64,000 nt of DNA from an uncultured delta proteobacterium (GTDB taxonomy: Bacteria > Myxococcota > Myxococcia > Myxococcales > Myxococcaceae). Both the position numbers and the translations under genes were made by a program. Under the pieces are notes generated by a model. The model ran no database searches. It saw only the letters and a list, made by a program, of their open reading frames with translations, and was not told the origin of the DNA. Position 1 is the first letter of the stretch; every line of letters begins with the position of its first letter. Location: the NCBI GenBank assembly GCA_963796055.1, contig CAWCKH010000004.1, positions 2,432,001 through 2,496,000 on the forward strand. The letters are read 5' to 3'. Positions 1 through 10,740 of this stretch are shown piece after piece.

Positions 1-123
1 GTTTTCCCCACGGCAGAGAGCGTCCTTCATCGCTTCGAAGATCGTCTCGACGGTCGCCTCAGCCTGCTTCTGGGTGATTCCGCGCTTCGACACGAGGATG
101 TTGATGAGGTCGCTCTTCAGCAT
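1..123 (-). CDS. HU/IHF family DNA-binding protein (IHF-beta-like), 5' part only; runs off the window edge
   Basis: Manual translation from ATG at 123 gives MLKSDLINILVSKRGITQKQAEATVETIFEAMKDALCRGEN, a typical HU/IHF N-terminus. GGGAG lies upstream. Not in the ORF track. Confidence 0.9.
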   Translation of the reverse strand, partial: MLKSDLINILVSKRGITQKQAEATVETIFEAMKDALCRGEN

Positions 124-171
124 CGCCGGGACGCTCCCTTGGCAGGTCGGCGAACCCACCAGTGGTTCTGG

Positions 172-201
172 ACACTTGCAGAATCCTGGGCCGCATGCAA
201 G
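172..201 (-). promoter_or_regulatory. Putative promoter of the HU/IHF gene
   Basis: Minus strand CTTGCAT-GCGGCCCAGGATTCTGCAAGTGT reads as TTGCAT-N17-AAGTGT with an extended-10 TG. A closely similar motif lies upstream of rne. Confidence 0.4.
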
Positions 202-231
202 CGGACGGCTGCGACAAGCTGCGGCAATGCC

Positions 232-1512
232 TCAGGAATTTGGTGTAGGTGGCCGGCGCTCGAGGTCGGCCAGCTCGACCCAGCTCCACTTCTCCAGCCG
301 CTGCGAGGCCTCGGCGTCTGCGGCCATGAGCACGGCGTCGATCTCCGCCAGGTCCGGGGCAGGGAGCGAGGGGTCGAGTCCGGACGGAGCGCCGAGGCCG
401 TGCCCGCCGAGCGCCGCGGTCACCTGCCCCAGGGTCAGGTAGGTCGGGTCCCGGGCCGGGCTCCACCCCGAGTGCCGCCCCTCGTGGACGAGGTCCGCGT
501 CGCGGAGCGCCTCGAGGATGGGCTGGACCACGTCCTCGGGCAGCTCGATCTCCCGGGCGAGCGAGGCCTGGTCGGGCGCCCGTTGCTGCTCGACCCACGC
601 CCGGGTGAGGTGCTGGACGATGCGCACCGCCGCCAGCTCGCGGCCCCGCGGATGCCCCACCAGCGCGGGCCACACCGACTGGAACCGGGCGTTCTGGAGC
701 GCGTAGGCCAGCCGGGCCCCGGCCAGCACGATGAACCAGCTCACGTAGAGCCAGAGCAGGAAGAGCGGGATGGCGCCGAGCGAGCCGTAGAGCACGCCAT
801 AGCGGAAGGTCTGGGCGGCGAAGCTCGCGTATCCCGCCCGGAGCAACGTCCACAACAGGCCGGCCACCGCCGCCCCGACGAAGGCAAACACCCAGCGAAC
901 CCGACAGTTGGGGGTGACGACGTAGAGCAGGGTGAGCGAACCGATGGCGGTGAGAATGGCGACGACGGAGAGGATCTCTCCGCTGAACGGCATGCCCGAC
1001 TCCTGGAGGAGCCGCCGGAGCATCGAGTTCGCCGAGACCGCGGTGCCGAGTAGGAGCGGCACCGCCACCAGCGCCGCCAGCCAGACCAGGATCCGCACCG
1101 GCCAGGGCCGGTTCTCGCGGACGTTCCAGACCTCGTTCAGCGCATGGTCGAGCATCCGGACGAGGGGAATGGCCGCGATGACCAGGGCCGCGAAGCCCAG
1201 GCCGCCGGCCACCTTGGAGGAGGCGTCGGTGAGGATGCCGCGGAGCGTGGCCAGGGCGCTCTCGGCCAGCCCCGGGGCGAGGAGCCGCAGTACCAAGACT
1301 TCCATCCGCCGCTCGAAGGTCTCCTCCCCGAGCTGGTGGAGCAGGAACAGGCCCACCACCGCCAGGGGGACGAGCGAGAAGATGCTGACGTAGGTGAGCG
1401 CGGCGGCGCGCAGACTGAGCTGCTCGCCGCGGTATCCCGAGAAGACCCACCGGATGCGCCGGGCGGCCTCGCCGGACCGGCGGGTGGTGAGGGCCGCGGC
1501 CGTCACCCCCAT
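232..1512 (-). CDS. YihY/virulence factor BrkB family inner-membrane protein with C-terminal winged-helix extension
   Basis: AAALTYVSIFSLVP and YGSLGAIPLFLLWLYVSWFIVLAGA motifs, several TM segments, and an Rrf2-like HTH tail. Confidence 0.9.
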   Translation of the reverse strand: MGVTAAALTTRRSGEAARRIRWVFSGYRGEQLSLRAAALTYVSIFSLVPLAVVGLFLLHQLGEETFERRMEVLVLRLLAPGLAESALATLRGILTDASSKVAGGLGFAALVIAAIPLVRMLDHALNEVWNVRENRPWPVRILVWLAALVAVPLLLGTAVSANSMLRRLLQESGMPFSGEILSVVAILTAIGSLTLLYVVTPNCRVRWVFAFVGAAVAGLLWTLLRAGYASFAAQTFRYGVLYGSLGAIPLFLLWLYVSWFIVLAGARLAYALQNARFQSVWPALVGHPRGRELAAVRIVQHLTRAWVEQQRAPDQASLAREIELPEDVVQPILEALRDADLVHEGRHSGWSPARDPTYLTLGQVTAALGGHGLGAPSGLDPSLPAPDLAEIDAVLMAADAEASQRLEKWSWVELADLERRPPTPNS

Positions 1513-1517
1513 GGTCC

Positions 1518-3989
1518 CTAGGCCCCCGGCACCTTGTCCGCGCCCGCGCTCGGCGGCGGGGTGGGCGTGCCCTGGGCGCCACCTCCACCCTCGCGGCGGT
1601 CACGGTCACGGTCACGGTCGCGGTCCCGGTCGCGTCCGCCGCGGCGGTTGCGCCCGCCCCGGTGCCCGCGATCGCGGTCGCGATCCCGTTCGCGCGCCAC
1701 TGGCTCGCTCCGCTCCATCGGCAGACCGACCCCCTCCGGGGCGCGGAGGGTGGAGGACGAGGTGGCGACCTTGTGGTCCTCGCCGTGCGCGCTGCGGCCG
1801 TAGAGGTCGTACTGCTCGCGGTGGTAGTTGTTCTGTGGCCGGACCTGGATGGTCTTGTTGTAGCGGTCCATCAGATGGCGCAGCTCCTGGCGCTCCTCGG
1901 TCTGGAGGAGCCGGGCCACCTCGACGTTGCAGTTCACCACCAGGGTCGGGTCCTTGAAGTTCGGCGCCTCGCGGCGCACCTCGCGGAAGATCTCGTAGGC
2001 CACGGTGGTGGCGGTCTTCACGAAGCCCTGCCCGCCGCAATATCCACAGTCCTCGTGCAGCATCCGCCCGATGGACTCGCGCACCCGCTTGCGGGTCATC
2101 TCCACCAGGCCCAGCTCGCTGATCCGCAGCACGTTGGTCTTGGCCTTGTCGCGTCCCAGGGCTTCCTGCAGCGCCTTGAAGACCTTGTCCCGGTTCTGCG
2201 GCTTCTCCATGTCGATGAAGTCGCAGATGATGATCCCGCCGATGTTGCGCAGCCGGAGCTGGTAGACGATCTCCTTGGCCGCCTCCATGTTGATCTTGGT
2301 GATCGTCTCCTCGAGGCTCTTCTTCCCCACGTAGCGCCCGGAGTTGACGTCGATGGCGACGAGCGCCTCGGCCTGGTCGATGATCAGGTAGCCACCGCTC
2401 TTCAGCCACACCTTGCGCTGGGTGGCCCGTCGGATCTCCTGCTCGATGCCGTAGCTGTCGAAGATGGGCTCGTCGGTGTCGTGGAGCACCACCCGCTGGG
2501 CGAGCGCCGGATCCTGGGCGGTGACGAAGCCGAGGATCCGCTCGTACTCCTCGCGGTCGTCCACCACCAGCTTCTCCACGTCGGCGGCGAAGAGGTCGCG
2601 GGTGGCGCGGAGGATGAGGTCCAGGTCGGGGTGCATCAGCCCGGGCCCCCCGCGCTTCTCGTTCTTTCGTACCACCTGGTTCCAGATCTCGATCAGGAAC
2701 CGGATGTCGCTCTCCAGCTTGGCCTGGGGGACGTTCTCGGCGACCGTGCGGACGATGAACCCGGTGCCGGGCGGCCGGAGCCGGTCGACAATCTCCCGGA
2801 GGCGCCGCCGCTCCTTCTCGTTGGAGATGCGACGGCTGATGCCCACGTGGTCGACGGTGGGCATGAACACCAGATGCCGGCCGGGAATGCTGATGTGCGA
2901 GGTGAGCCGGGCGCCCTTGCTGCCGATGGGGTCCTTGGAGATCTGCACCACGACCTCCTGGCCCACCTTCAGGAGGTCCTCGATGCGGACCTCCTTGCGC
3001 GGCCTGGGCCGGTCCTCGCGGCGGTCTCCCTTGCCGTGCCCGTTCCGTCCCCGGCCACGTTCTTGTTGCTGCCGCTCACGGAGCTCGCGCGGGGCGCGGC
3101 GGGCGCCCTGCTCGCCCCGGCGCTCCCGGGCCGGGGCGGCTGCTCCGGCGGAGGTCGGCGCCGCGGACCCATCGGGCGCTGCGACGGAGGCCGTGCTCGA
3201 GACCGGGGGCGGACCGTCGAGAGGTGCCGCGGAAGGGAGCACCGCCAGCTCGGGCGCGGCCGGCGAGACCGGGGCCGCCATCGACGACTCGATCGGCGCG
3301 CCAGGAGCGGTGGCCTCTCCGGAGAGCGAGAGGGGTTCCTGCGCATCCTCCGGCCCGGGGCGTTGTGACTCCTGCTCCGCCGCAGCGTCTGTGCCGGACA
3401 CGCTGGTGGGCACCGACGCCTCGCCGGCGCCGAGCACGTCGGATGCATCGTCGACCGTCAGCCCGTCGGTCTCGTCCGCGGAGGCGTCCATCGCGCCCGC
3501 GAGGTCGGGCAGCTCGTCGTCGGTGCCATCGTCGGCCGGGTCCAGTCCCCCGGCGCCGCCCTCGCTGAAGGCCTCGGCGTGCGCCGCCTCGTGCAGGGCG
3601 TCGGCATGGGCGTCGACGTGCTCGACCTCGGCGTGGAGCGAGGGCAGCTCGGGCGCGGTCCCGGCGACGGCGACCCCCGTCTCCTCGAGCTCGTCCGGGA
3701 CCTCCGGGGCGTCCTCGTGCTCGCCCTCGGTCAGCTCGAACTGGGCGCGGGCGAAGTCGGGGTCGTAGACGACGTCTGAGACGTAGAGGAAGGCCGCCTT
3801 GTCCAGCCCGATGTCCACGAAGGCCGCCTGCATGCCCGGGAGCACCCGGACCACCCGGCCCTTGTAGATGTTGCCGACGACGCCCTTGTCCTTCTTACGC
3901 TCGAGATAGAACTCCGCGATGTGGCCCTGCTCCACGAGCGCCACGCGCGTCTCGCGGCCGGCCGCGTTGATCAAGAGGATGCTGCCCAT
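1518..3989 (-). CDS. rne: Ribonuclease E/G family (Rne/Rng) with a long low-complexity insertion in the S1 domain
   Basis: VGNIYKGRVVRVLPGMQAAFVDIG, IDVNSG, LRLRNIGGIIICDFIDM and the CGYCGGQG Zn-link. Confidence 0.95.
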   Translation of the reverse strand: MGSILLINAAGRETRVALVEQGHIAEFYLERKKDKGVVGNIYKGRVVRVLPGMQAAFVDIGLDKAAFLYVSDVVYDPDFARAQFELTEGEHEDAPEVPDELEETGVAVAGTAPELPSLHAEVEHVDAHADALHEAAHAEAFSEGGAGGLDPADDGTDDELPDLAGAMDASADETDGLTVDDASDVLGAGEASVPTSVSGTDAAAEQESQRPGPEDAQEPLSLSGEATAPGAPIESSMAAPVSPAAPELAVLPSAAPLDGPPPVSSTASVAAPDGSAAPTSAGAAAPARERRGEQGARRAPRELRERQQQERGRGRNGHGKGDRREDRPRPRKEVRIEDLLKVGQEVVVQISKDPIGSKGARLTSHISIPGRHLVFMPTVDHVGISRRISNEKERRRLREIVDRLRPPGTGFIVRTVAENVPQAKLESDIRFLIEIWNQVVRKNEKRGGPGLMHPDLDLILRATRDLFAADVEKLVVDDREEYERILGFVTAQDPALAQRVVLHDTDEPIFDSYGIEQEIRRATQRKVWLKSGGYLIIDQAEALVAIDVNSGRYVGKKSLEETITKINMEAAKEIVYQLRLRNIGGIIICDFIDMEKPQNRDKVFKALQEALGRDKAKTNVLRISELGLVEMTRKRVRESIGRMLHEDCGYCGGQGFVKTATTVAYEIFREVRREAPNFKDPTLVVNCNVEVARLLQTEERQELRHLMDRYNKTIQVRPQNNYHREQYDLYGRSAHGEDHKVATSSSTLRAPEGVGLPMERSEPVARERDRDRDRGHRGGRNRRGGRDRDRDRDRDRDRREGGGGAQGTPTPPPSAGADKVPGA
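1597..1632. repeat. Coding hexamer tandem repeat (CGGTCN)x6 encoding an Arg-Asp run in the Rne C-terminus
   Basis: cggtca cggtca cggtca cggtcg cggtcc cggtcg; the protein reads RDRDRDRDRDRDR. Confidence 0.9.
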
Positions 3990-4380
3990 GGGGAAACCCC
4001 GTGCGCGCGCATCCGGACTCGCCGTCCGCCGGACGGGTGGCGGCGGAATCGAGCGGTTCAGGAGCGCGCGTGAAGGAGAGGGTCCCGGGTGAGCCGACCG
4101 GCGCAGACCGGGGGCCGCCTGGGCGGTGCTCGGTCATCAAACGCAGGGGGTTCACGAGAGTCAGGACTCCCTCGAAGTGCTCTGGTGCTGCTTTCCTGCG
4201 GCCAGTCGCCCCGGGTTGGGGGTCGCCGGGGCCGGTGGGGTGGCTCCTGGTGTGGAGTCGCCGGCGGCCTCGAGCGCCCGGGGTGGTGCGCCGCACGCTT
4301 GCGGCGTCCCAGGGACGCAGGTCCCGTCAAAAAATCCCTTTCAGTCCTTATACTTGCAGAGAAGGGGGCCGCGGCGCAAG
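3990..4380 (-). promoter_or_regulatory. Putative rne promoter and long structured 5' leader
   Basis: Promoter-like TTGCGC-N18-AAGTAT at 4350-4379 in a locally AT-rich patch, followed by about 350 nt of non-coding DNA with several inverted repeats before the ATG. Confidence 0.5.
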
Positions 4381-4483
4381 GGATCCCGCAAAGTGTGCGG
4401 AACCCTGAGCTGGCGCGCGCCAGGCGACCACTTTCCGGGGCGAGTGGGCGGAGTGAGCCTCGGGCCGCTCTCCGGGCTGCTCG

Positions 4484-4900
4484 TCAGGCGTCGGCGATCG
4501 ACGGCTGGCGGCTTCCCGGTCGGCTGGGCCGGGCCCGCGACTCGCGCTTGAGGCGCAGCCCCGTCCAGCCCTCCCCGAGGTTCGCCCGCTTGTCGTCGAC
4601 CAGTCCGAGGTCGAGCCCTGCCTGGCGGACCATGTCCTCGTCCAGGGCGGTGGTGCCCTGCTCCCAGGCCACCCAGATGCGGCCGGGGAGGGCGATGGAG
4701 CGCGCCAGCGCCGGGAGCCGGGTGAGCAGCTCCCCCGCCGTCCGGGTGAAGAAGAGCACCACGTCGAGCCCGGTCTGGGCGGTGACCAGGAACTCCACCC
4801 CGACCGGGAGCGGGTTCAGGAGGGCGACGAAGCCGGGCGGCGGGTTCACGACCGACACCTTGGAGCCCGCCCGGATGCCGAGCACGTTGGAGAGGCTCAC
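4484..4900 (-). CDS. DUF3052-family protein
   Basis: The GTG at 4900 overlaps the acyP stop (GTGA). The pattern LGIRAG...DVVLFF...GRIWVAW...GLVDDK fits the family. Confidence 0.7.
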   Translation of the reverse strand: MSLSNVLGIRAGSKVSVVNPPPGFVALLNPLPVGVEFLVTAQTGLDVVLFFTRTAGELLTRLPALARSIALPGRIWVAWEQGTTALDEDMVRQAGLDLGLVDDKRANLGEGWTGLRLKRESRARPSRPGSRQPSIADA

Positions 4901-5181
4901 CCGGTGGTCCCCACCTGAAAGCCTCGGTCCAGCCCGTTCGCGGACACCGCCATCACCTGGACTTCCTCCACCCTGGCCGCCGGCGGGCCTCTCTTGCACC
5001 AGGCGACGAACGTCTCCACCGCCTCCGGCCTGCCCTCGGCACGCGCCTCCACCGTCCCGTCCATCCGGTTCCGGACCCAGCCCGAGAGGCCGAGCCGGTT
5101 GGCCTCCTCCACGGCCCGGGCGCGGAAGGCCACGCCCTGCACGCGTCCCACGACGACCAGGTGTACGGCGGAGCGCTCCAT
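4897..5181 (-). CDS. acyP: Acylphosphatase
   Basis: VVGRVQGVAFR and GWVRNRMDGTVE signatures. Confidence 0.95.
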   Translation of the reverse strand: MERSAVHLVVVGRVQGVAFRARAVEEANRLGLSGWVRNRMDGTVEARAEGRPEAVETFVAWCKRGPPAARVEEVQVMAVSANGLDRGFQVGTTG

Positions 5182-5196
5182 CCCGAGAACGCTCCT

Positions 5197-7257
<2,061 letters not shown>

Positions 7258-7267
7258 TCAGGTCTTC

Positions 7268-7296
7268 TTGACACTGGAGGAGTCGGTCAATAACGT
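7268..7296 (+). promoter_or_regulatory. Sigma70-type promoter of rho
   Basis: Perfect TTGACA, 17-nt spacer and TAACGT, about 170 nt upstream of the rho ATG. Confidence 0.75.
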
Positions 7297-7466
7297 CCTT
7301 CTCATCCGTGGGTGACGTGGAAGTCCACCGCCCATCGGACCCTCAACTCCGCACCGGCCACCGCACCTTGAAGTGAGCGCCTCTCGCTGCTGCCGAGGCG
7401 CCGAGCGGCTGCCGGGTCGGCTCAGGTCCCCTGTCCCCTCTCCGTGGGGCGGGGTGCACGTTCCCC

Positions 7467-9053
7467 ATGCGCAAAGCCCGTTCCAGCAAAGAGAAGCCCG
7501 CGGACCTCGAGGTGGCTCCCGAGGAGTCCACCGAGTCCGCCCCCCGCCGAAAGGGTGGCCGCCGCCGGCGGGACCCCGAGGCCACCGACGGCGAGAGCAA
7601 TGGCGTCGAGGCCGCCGAGGAGGGGCAGACCCCGCTCCGGCCGGTGCTCACCGCCATCTCCCGCCCGGTCCGGGACGACGAGCTGAACGCCGTCCCCGAG
7701 GACCCGTCCGCCCCGCCGGTGGTCGCCGAGCGCCCCGAGCCGGTCTCCGAGGCCGGGCCCACGGTGGTCACTGGCGCGGACGGAACGCCGATGCAGGTGC
7801 TCCGCCTCAACGACCTGAAGCGGATGAAGATCACCGAGCTGTCCCACATGGCCCAGGACTTCGGGGTCGAGGGGACGCAGGGGCTCAAGAAGCAGGACCT
7901 CATCTTCGCCCTGCTGTCCGGGATCGCGGACAAGAAGTTCGAGGTGCACGCCGAGGGAGTGATGGAGCTGCAGTCCGACGGCTTCGGCTTCCTCCGCAGC
8001 GCCGACAGCGACTACCAGCCCAGCCCGGACGACATCTACGTCAGCCCCAGCCAGGTGCGGCGCTTCAACCTCCGCCCCGGTGACACGGTCTACGGGCCCA
8101 TCCGCCAGCCCCGCGAGGGCGAGCGGTTCTTCGCCCTGCAGAAGGTCGACAAGGTCAACTTCGTCGACCCCACCAGCAGCGAGGCGAAGGAGCGGATCCT
8201 CTTCGACAACCTCACCCCCCTCTACCCCACCCGGAAGCTGAACCTCGAGTTCGACGGGTCGGAGATGACGACCCGCATCATCGACCTCTTCACCCCCATC
8301 GGCCTCGGCCAGCGCTGCCTGATCGTCGCCCCGCCCAAGGCGGGCAAGACGGTGCTCCTCCAGAACATCGCCCACGCCATCGCCCAGAACCACCCGGACA
8401 TCTTCCTCATCGTGCTCCTCGTCGACGAGCGGCCGGAGGAGGTGACGGACATGGAGCGCAGCGTCCGGGGCGAGGTGGTGAGCAGCACCTTCGACGAGCC
8501 GGCCACCCGTCACGTGCAGGTGGCGGAGATGGTCATCGACAAGGCCAAGCGCCTGGTCGAGCAGAAGCACGACGTGTGCATCCTGCTCGACTCCATCACC
8601 CGTCTGGCCCGGGCCTACAACACCGTGGTTCCGCCCTCGGGGAAGATCCTTTCGGGTGGTGTCGATTCCAACGCGCTCCACAAGCCCAAGCGGTTCTTCG
8701 GTGCGGCCCGGAACATCGAGGAGGGCGGGAGCCTGACCATCATCGGCACCGCGCTCATCGACACCGGCAGCCGCATGGACGAGGTCATCTTCGAGGAGTT
8801 CAAGGGCACCGGAAACTCGGAGATCGTCCTCGACCGGAAGCTGATGGAGAAGCGCATCTTCCCCTGTCTCGACATCAACAAGTCCGGGACGCGGAAGGAG
8901 GAGCTCCTCCTCAAGCCCGAGGACCTCATCCGGGTCACGGCGCTCCGGCAAGTGTTGCATCCCTTCACGCCGATCGACGCGATGGAGTTCGTTCTCAAGC
9001 ACATGCGGCCCACCAAGTCGAACGCGGACTTCCTCGGCTCGATGAACCGGTGA
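7467..9053 (+). CDS. rho: Transcription termination factor Rho with N-terminal extension
   Basis: [40 protein letters not shown] and FKGTGNSE motifs. Confidence 0.98.
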   Translation: MRKARSSKEKPADLEVAPEESTESAPRRKGGRRRRDPEATDGESNGVEAAEEGQTPLRPVLTAISRPVRDDELNAVPEDPSAPPVVAERPEPVSEAGPTVVTGADGTPMQVLRLNDLKRMKITELSHMAQDFGVEGTQGLKKQDLIFALLSGIADKKFEVHAEGVMELQSDGFGFLRSADSDYQPSPDDIYVSPSQVRRFNLRPGDTVYGPIRQPREGERFFALQKVDKVNFVDPTSSEAKERILFDNLTPLYPTRKLNLEFDGSEMTTRIIDLFTPIGLGQRCLIVAPPKAGKTVLLQNIAHAIAQNHPDIFLIVLLVDERPEEVTDMERSVRGEVVSSTFDEPATRHVQVAEMVIDKAKRLVEQKHDVCILLDSITRLARAYNTVVPPSGKILSGGVDSNALHKPKRFFGAARNIEEGGSLTIIGTALIDTGSRMDEVIFEEFKGTGNSEIVLDRKLMEKRIFPCLDINKSGTRKEELLLKPEDLIRVTALRQVLHPFTPIDAMEFVLKHMRPTKSNADFLGSMNR

Positions 9054-9114
9054 AGATTCGGGGGACGCATCCGTCCATGGGAGGGCGGGTCGACCAGCAC
9101 CGGGAGTGACGAGG

Positions 9115-9420
9115 ATGATGCGGACAGTCGGGGGAGCCCTTGCCGGAGCGCTGCTCGCGCTCGCCGCCTGCGGCCCGATGGACGACGGCGGTGGTGGAGT
9201 GGTGGGCGCGCCCTGCACCAGCGATGCGGACTGCGCGTCGGACGGCTGCTGCGGGACTGGAGTGAACGCGGTCGCGGCCAGCCAGCGCCCGAGCTGTCCT
9301 GCCACCTGCAGCAATGGCCAGGATCCCTACAGCCTCTACGTCCGGAACGGGTGCGGACTGGTGACCTGCGACTCCAGCTTCCACTGCGCGGTGGCGGTGA
9401 CCTCCGGGATGGGTTGCTGA
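9115..9420 (+). CDS. Small Cys-rich lipoprotein, function unknown
   Basis: Signal peptide with LAAC lipobox, a CTSDADC motif typical of myxobacterial Cys-rich proteins, and GC3-rich codons. Confidence 0.75.
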   Translation: MMRTVGGALAGALLALAACGPMDDGGGGVVGAPCTSDADCASDGCCGTGVNAVAASQRPSCPATCSNGQDPYSLYVRNGCGLVTCDSSFHCAVAVTSGMGC

Positions 9421-9442
9421 GCCGCACCGGGCCCCTGGGGAT

Positions 9443-10624
9443 TTAGCGCTCGGCGACCTCCAGCGGCACGGGCTGCGCCTTGCGGCGGACGAACTCGAAG
9501 CAGGCCACCAGCACGGCCGCCACCGGCACGGCGAACAGCGCCCCCAGCAGCCCGTAGGTACGCTCGCCGGCGATGAGGGCGAACACCACCACCACCGGGT
9601 GCATCCGCGCCGCGTTGCCCATGATCTTCGGATTGAGGAAGTACGCCTCCAGCGCGTGGATGCCGATGATCCAGAACAGCATCCCCAGGCCGGCCCGCCA
9701 GCTCTGCGCCAGGCCCATGATGACGATGGGGAACGAGCTGATGAAGGTCCCGAAGATGGGGATGAGGCTGAAGAAGGTGGCGATGGTGGCGAGCAGGAAG
9801 GCGAACTTCACCCCGAAGAGCACCAGCCCGGCGAAGGTGAGCACCCCGTTCACGATGCAGATGGTGACCTGCCCGCGAACCACGCCGGCCAGCGAGCGGT
9901 CGATCCGGCGGACCAGCGCCGAGGCGTCGGCAGCCCACTCGGGAGGAACCAGCGACCGGAAGTAGCCCCGGATGCCCGAGGCGTCGATGGAGATGAACGC
10001 CGCCACCATCAGCATCAGGAAGAGGGTGAAGACGCCCTTGAGCACCCCGGTGATGAGCTCCCGGGTGAAGGTCACCAGGCGGGTGACGTTGGCGGTGGCG
10101 ATGCCCGAGAAGCGACCCGCGGCGTCGTGGATCAGCCGCTCCAGGTCCATCGACAGGCTCCAGCTGGGCCGGCCGGTGTAGGCCTCGACCGCGTCCGAGC
10201 CCTCGAGCGAGCGGGAGGAGAGGGCGACCGGGACCCCATGCGAATTGAGCCAGTCCTCCATCTGGCGGGCGATCTCCTGCACCCGCTCGGGGGTGAGCGA
10301 GCGGGCGAAGGTGAAGGCGTTGGACGAGATCCGCACCAGCTCCCGGTACAGCTGCGGGACGATGCCGATGATGAACAGGTAGCTGAGCAGGAAGAAGACG
10401 GCGTAGAGCAGGAGGATCGCCACCCAGCGGGGGATGGCGCGCCCGGCGACCTTCTGCCCGGTCAGCCAGTCGAGGATGGGCGCGACCAGGTAGGCGATGA
10501 GCGCCGAGCCGGCGAAGGGGAGGATCGCCGCCGGAAAGACGATCGGAACCAGCGCCAGCGCCACCCAGAGCAGGACCAGGACGGTGGCGCGGCGGCGGAA
10601 GGAGAGTGGGGGAGCGTCCGGCAT
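9443..10624 (-). CDS. AI-2E family transporter (PerM/YhhT-like)
   Basis: LAGVVRGQVTIC, SLIPIFG, LNPKIMG, MHPVVV and GLLGALFAVP motifs. Start taken at ATG 10624. Confidence 0.9.
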   Translation of the reverse strand: MPDAPPLSFRRRATVLVLLWVALALVPIVFPAAILPFAGSALIAYLVAPILDWLTGQKVAGRAIPRWVAILLLYAVFFLLSYLFIIGIVPQLYRELVRISSNAFTFARSLTPERVQEIARQMEDWLNSHGVPVALSSRSLEGSDAVEAYTGRPSWSLSMDLERLIHDAAGRFSGIATANVTRLVTFTRELITGVLKGVFTLFLMLMVAAFISIDASGIRGYFRSLVPPEWAADASALVRRIDRSLAGVVRGQVTICIVNGVLTFAGLVLFGVKFAFLLATIATFFSLIPIFGTFISSFPIVIMGLAQSWRAGLGMLFWIIGIHALEAYFLNPKIMGNAARMHPVVVVFALIAGERTYGLLGALFAVPVAAVLVACFEFVRRKAQPVPLEVAER

Positions 10625-10740
10625 CCGGGCCCGGGCACGCTTGCCACAGCGTTGCCGGCCGTTCAATCCCGGAGCGAGCGGCAGCCCGGGCGGCCGGGTC
10701 CGCTGGCGACCCGGACGCCAGAGGAGTACGTCGCTTGCGC

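Noticed and set aside
4000..4345. RNase P RNA, SRP RNA or 6S RNA (minus strand contains GCAGGAAAGCAGC)
   Set aside because: It lacks the RNase P GAGGAAAGUCC and terminal conserved motifs, and the SRP CAGG..GGAA..AGCAG hairpin geometry. It is better explained as an rne leader.
7268..7290. TTGAC-N13-GTCAA palindrome as a transcription factor site
   Set aside because: The left arm is the rho -35 hexamer and the right arm could be chance or a divergent -35; there is no independent support.
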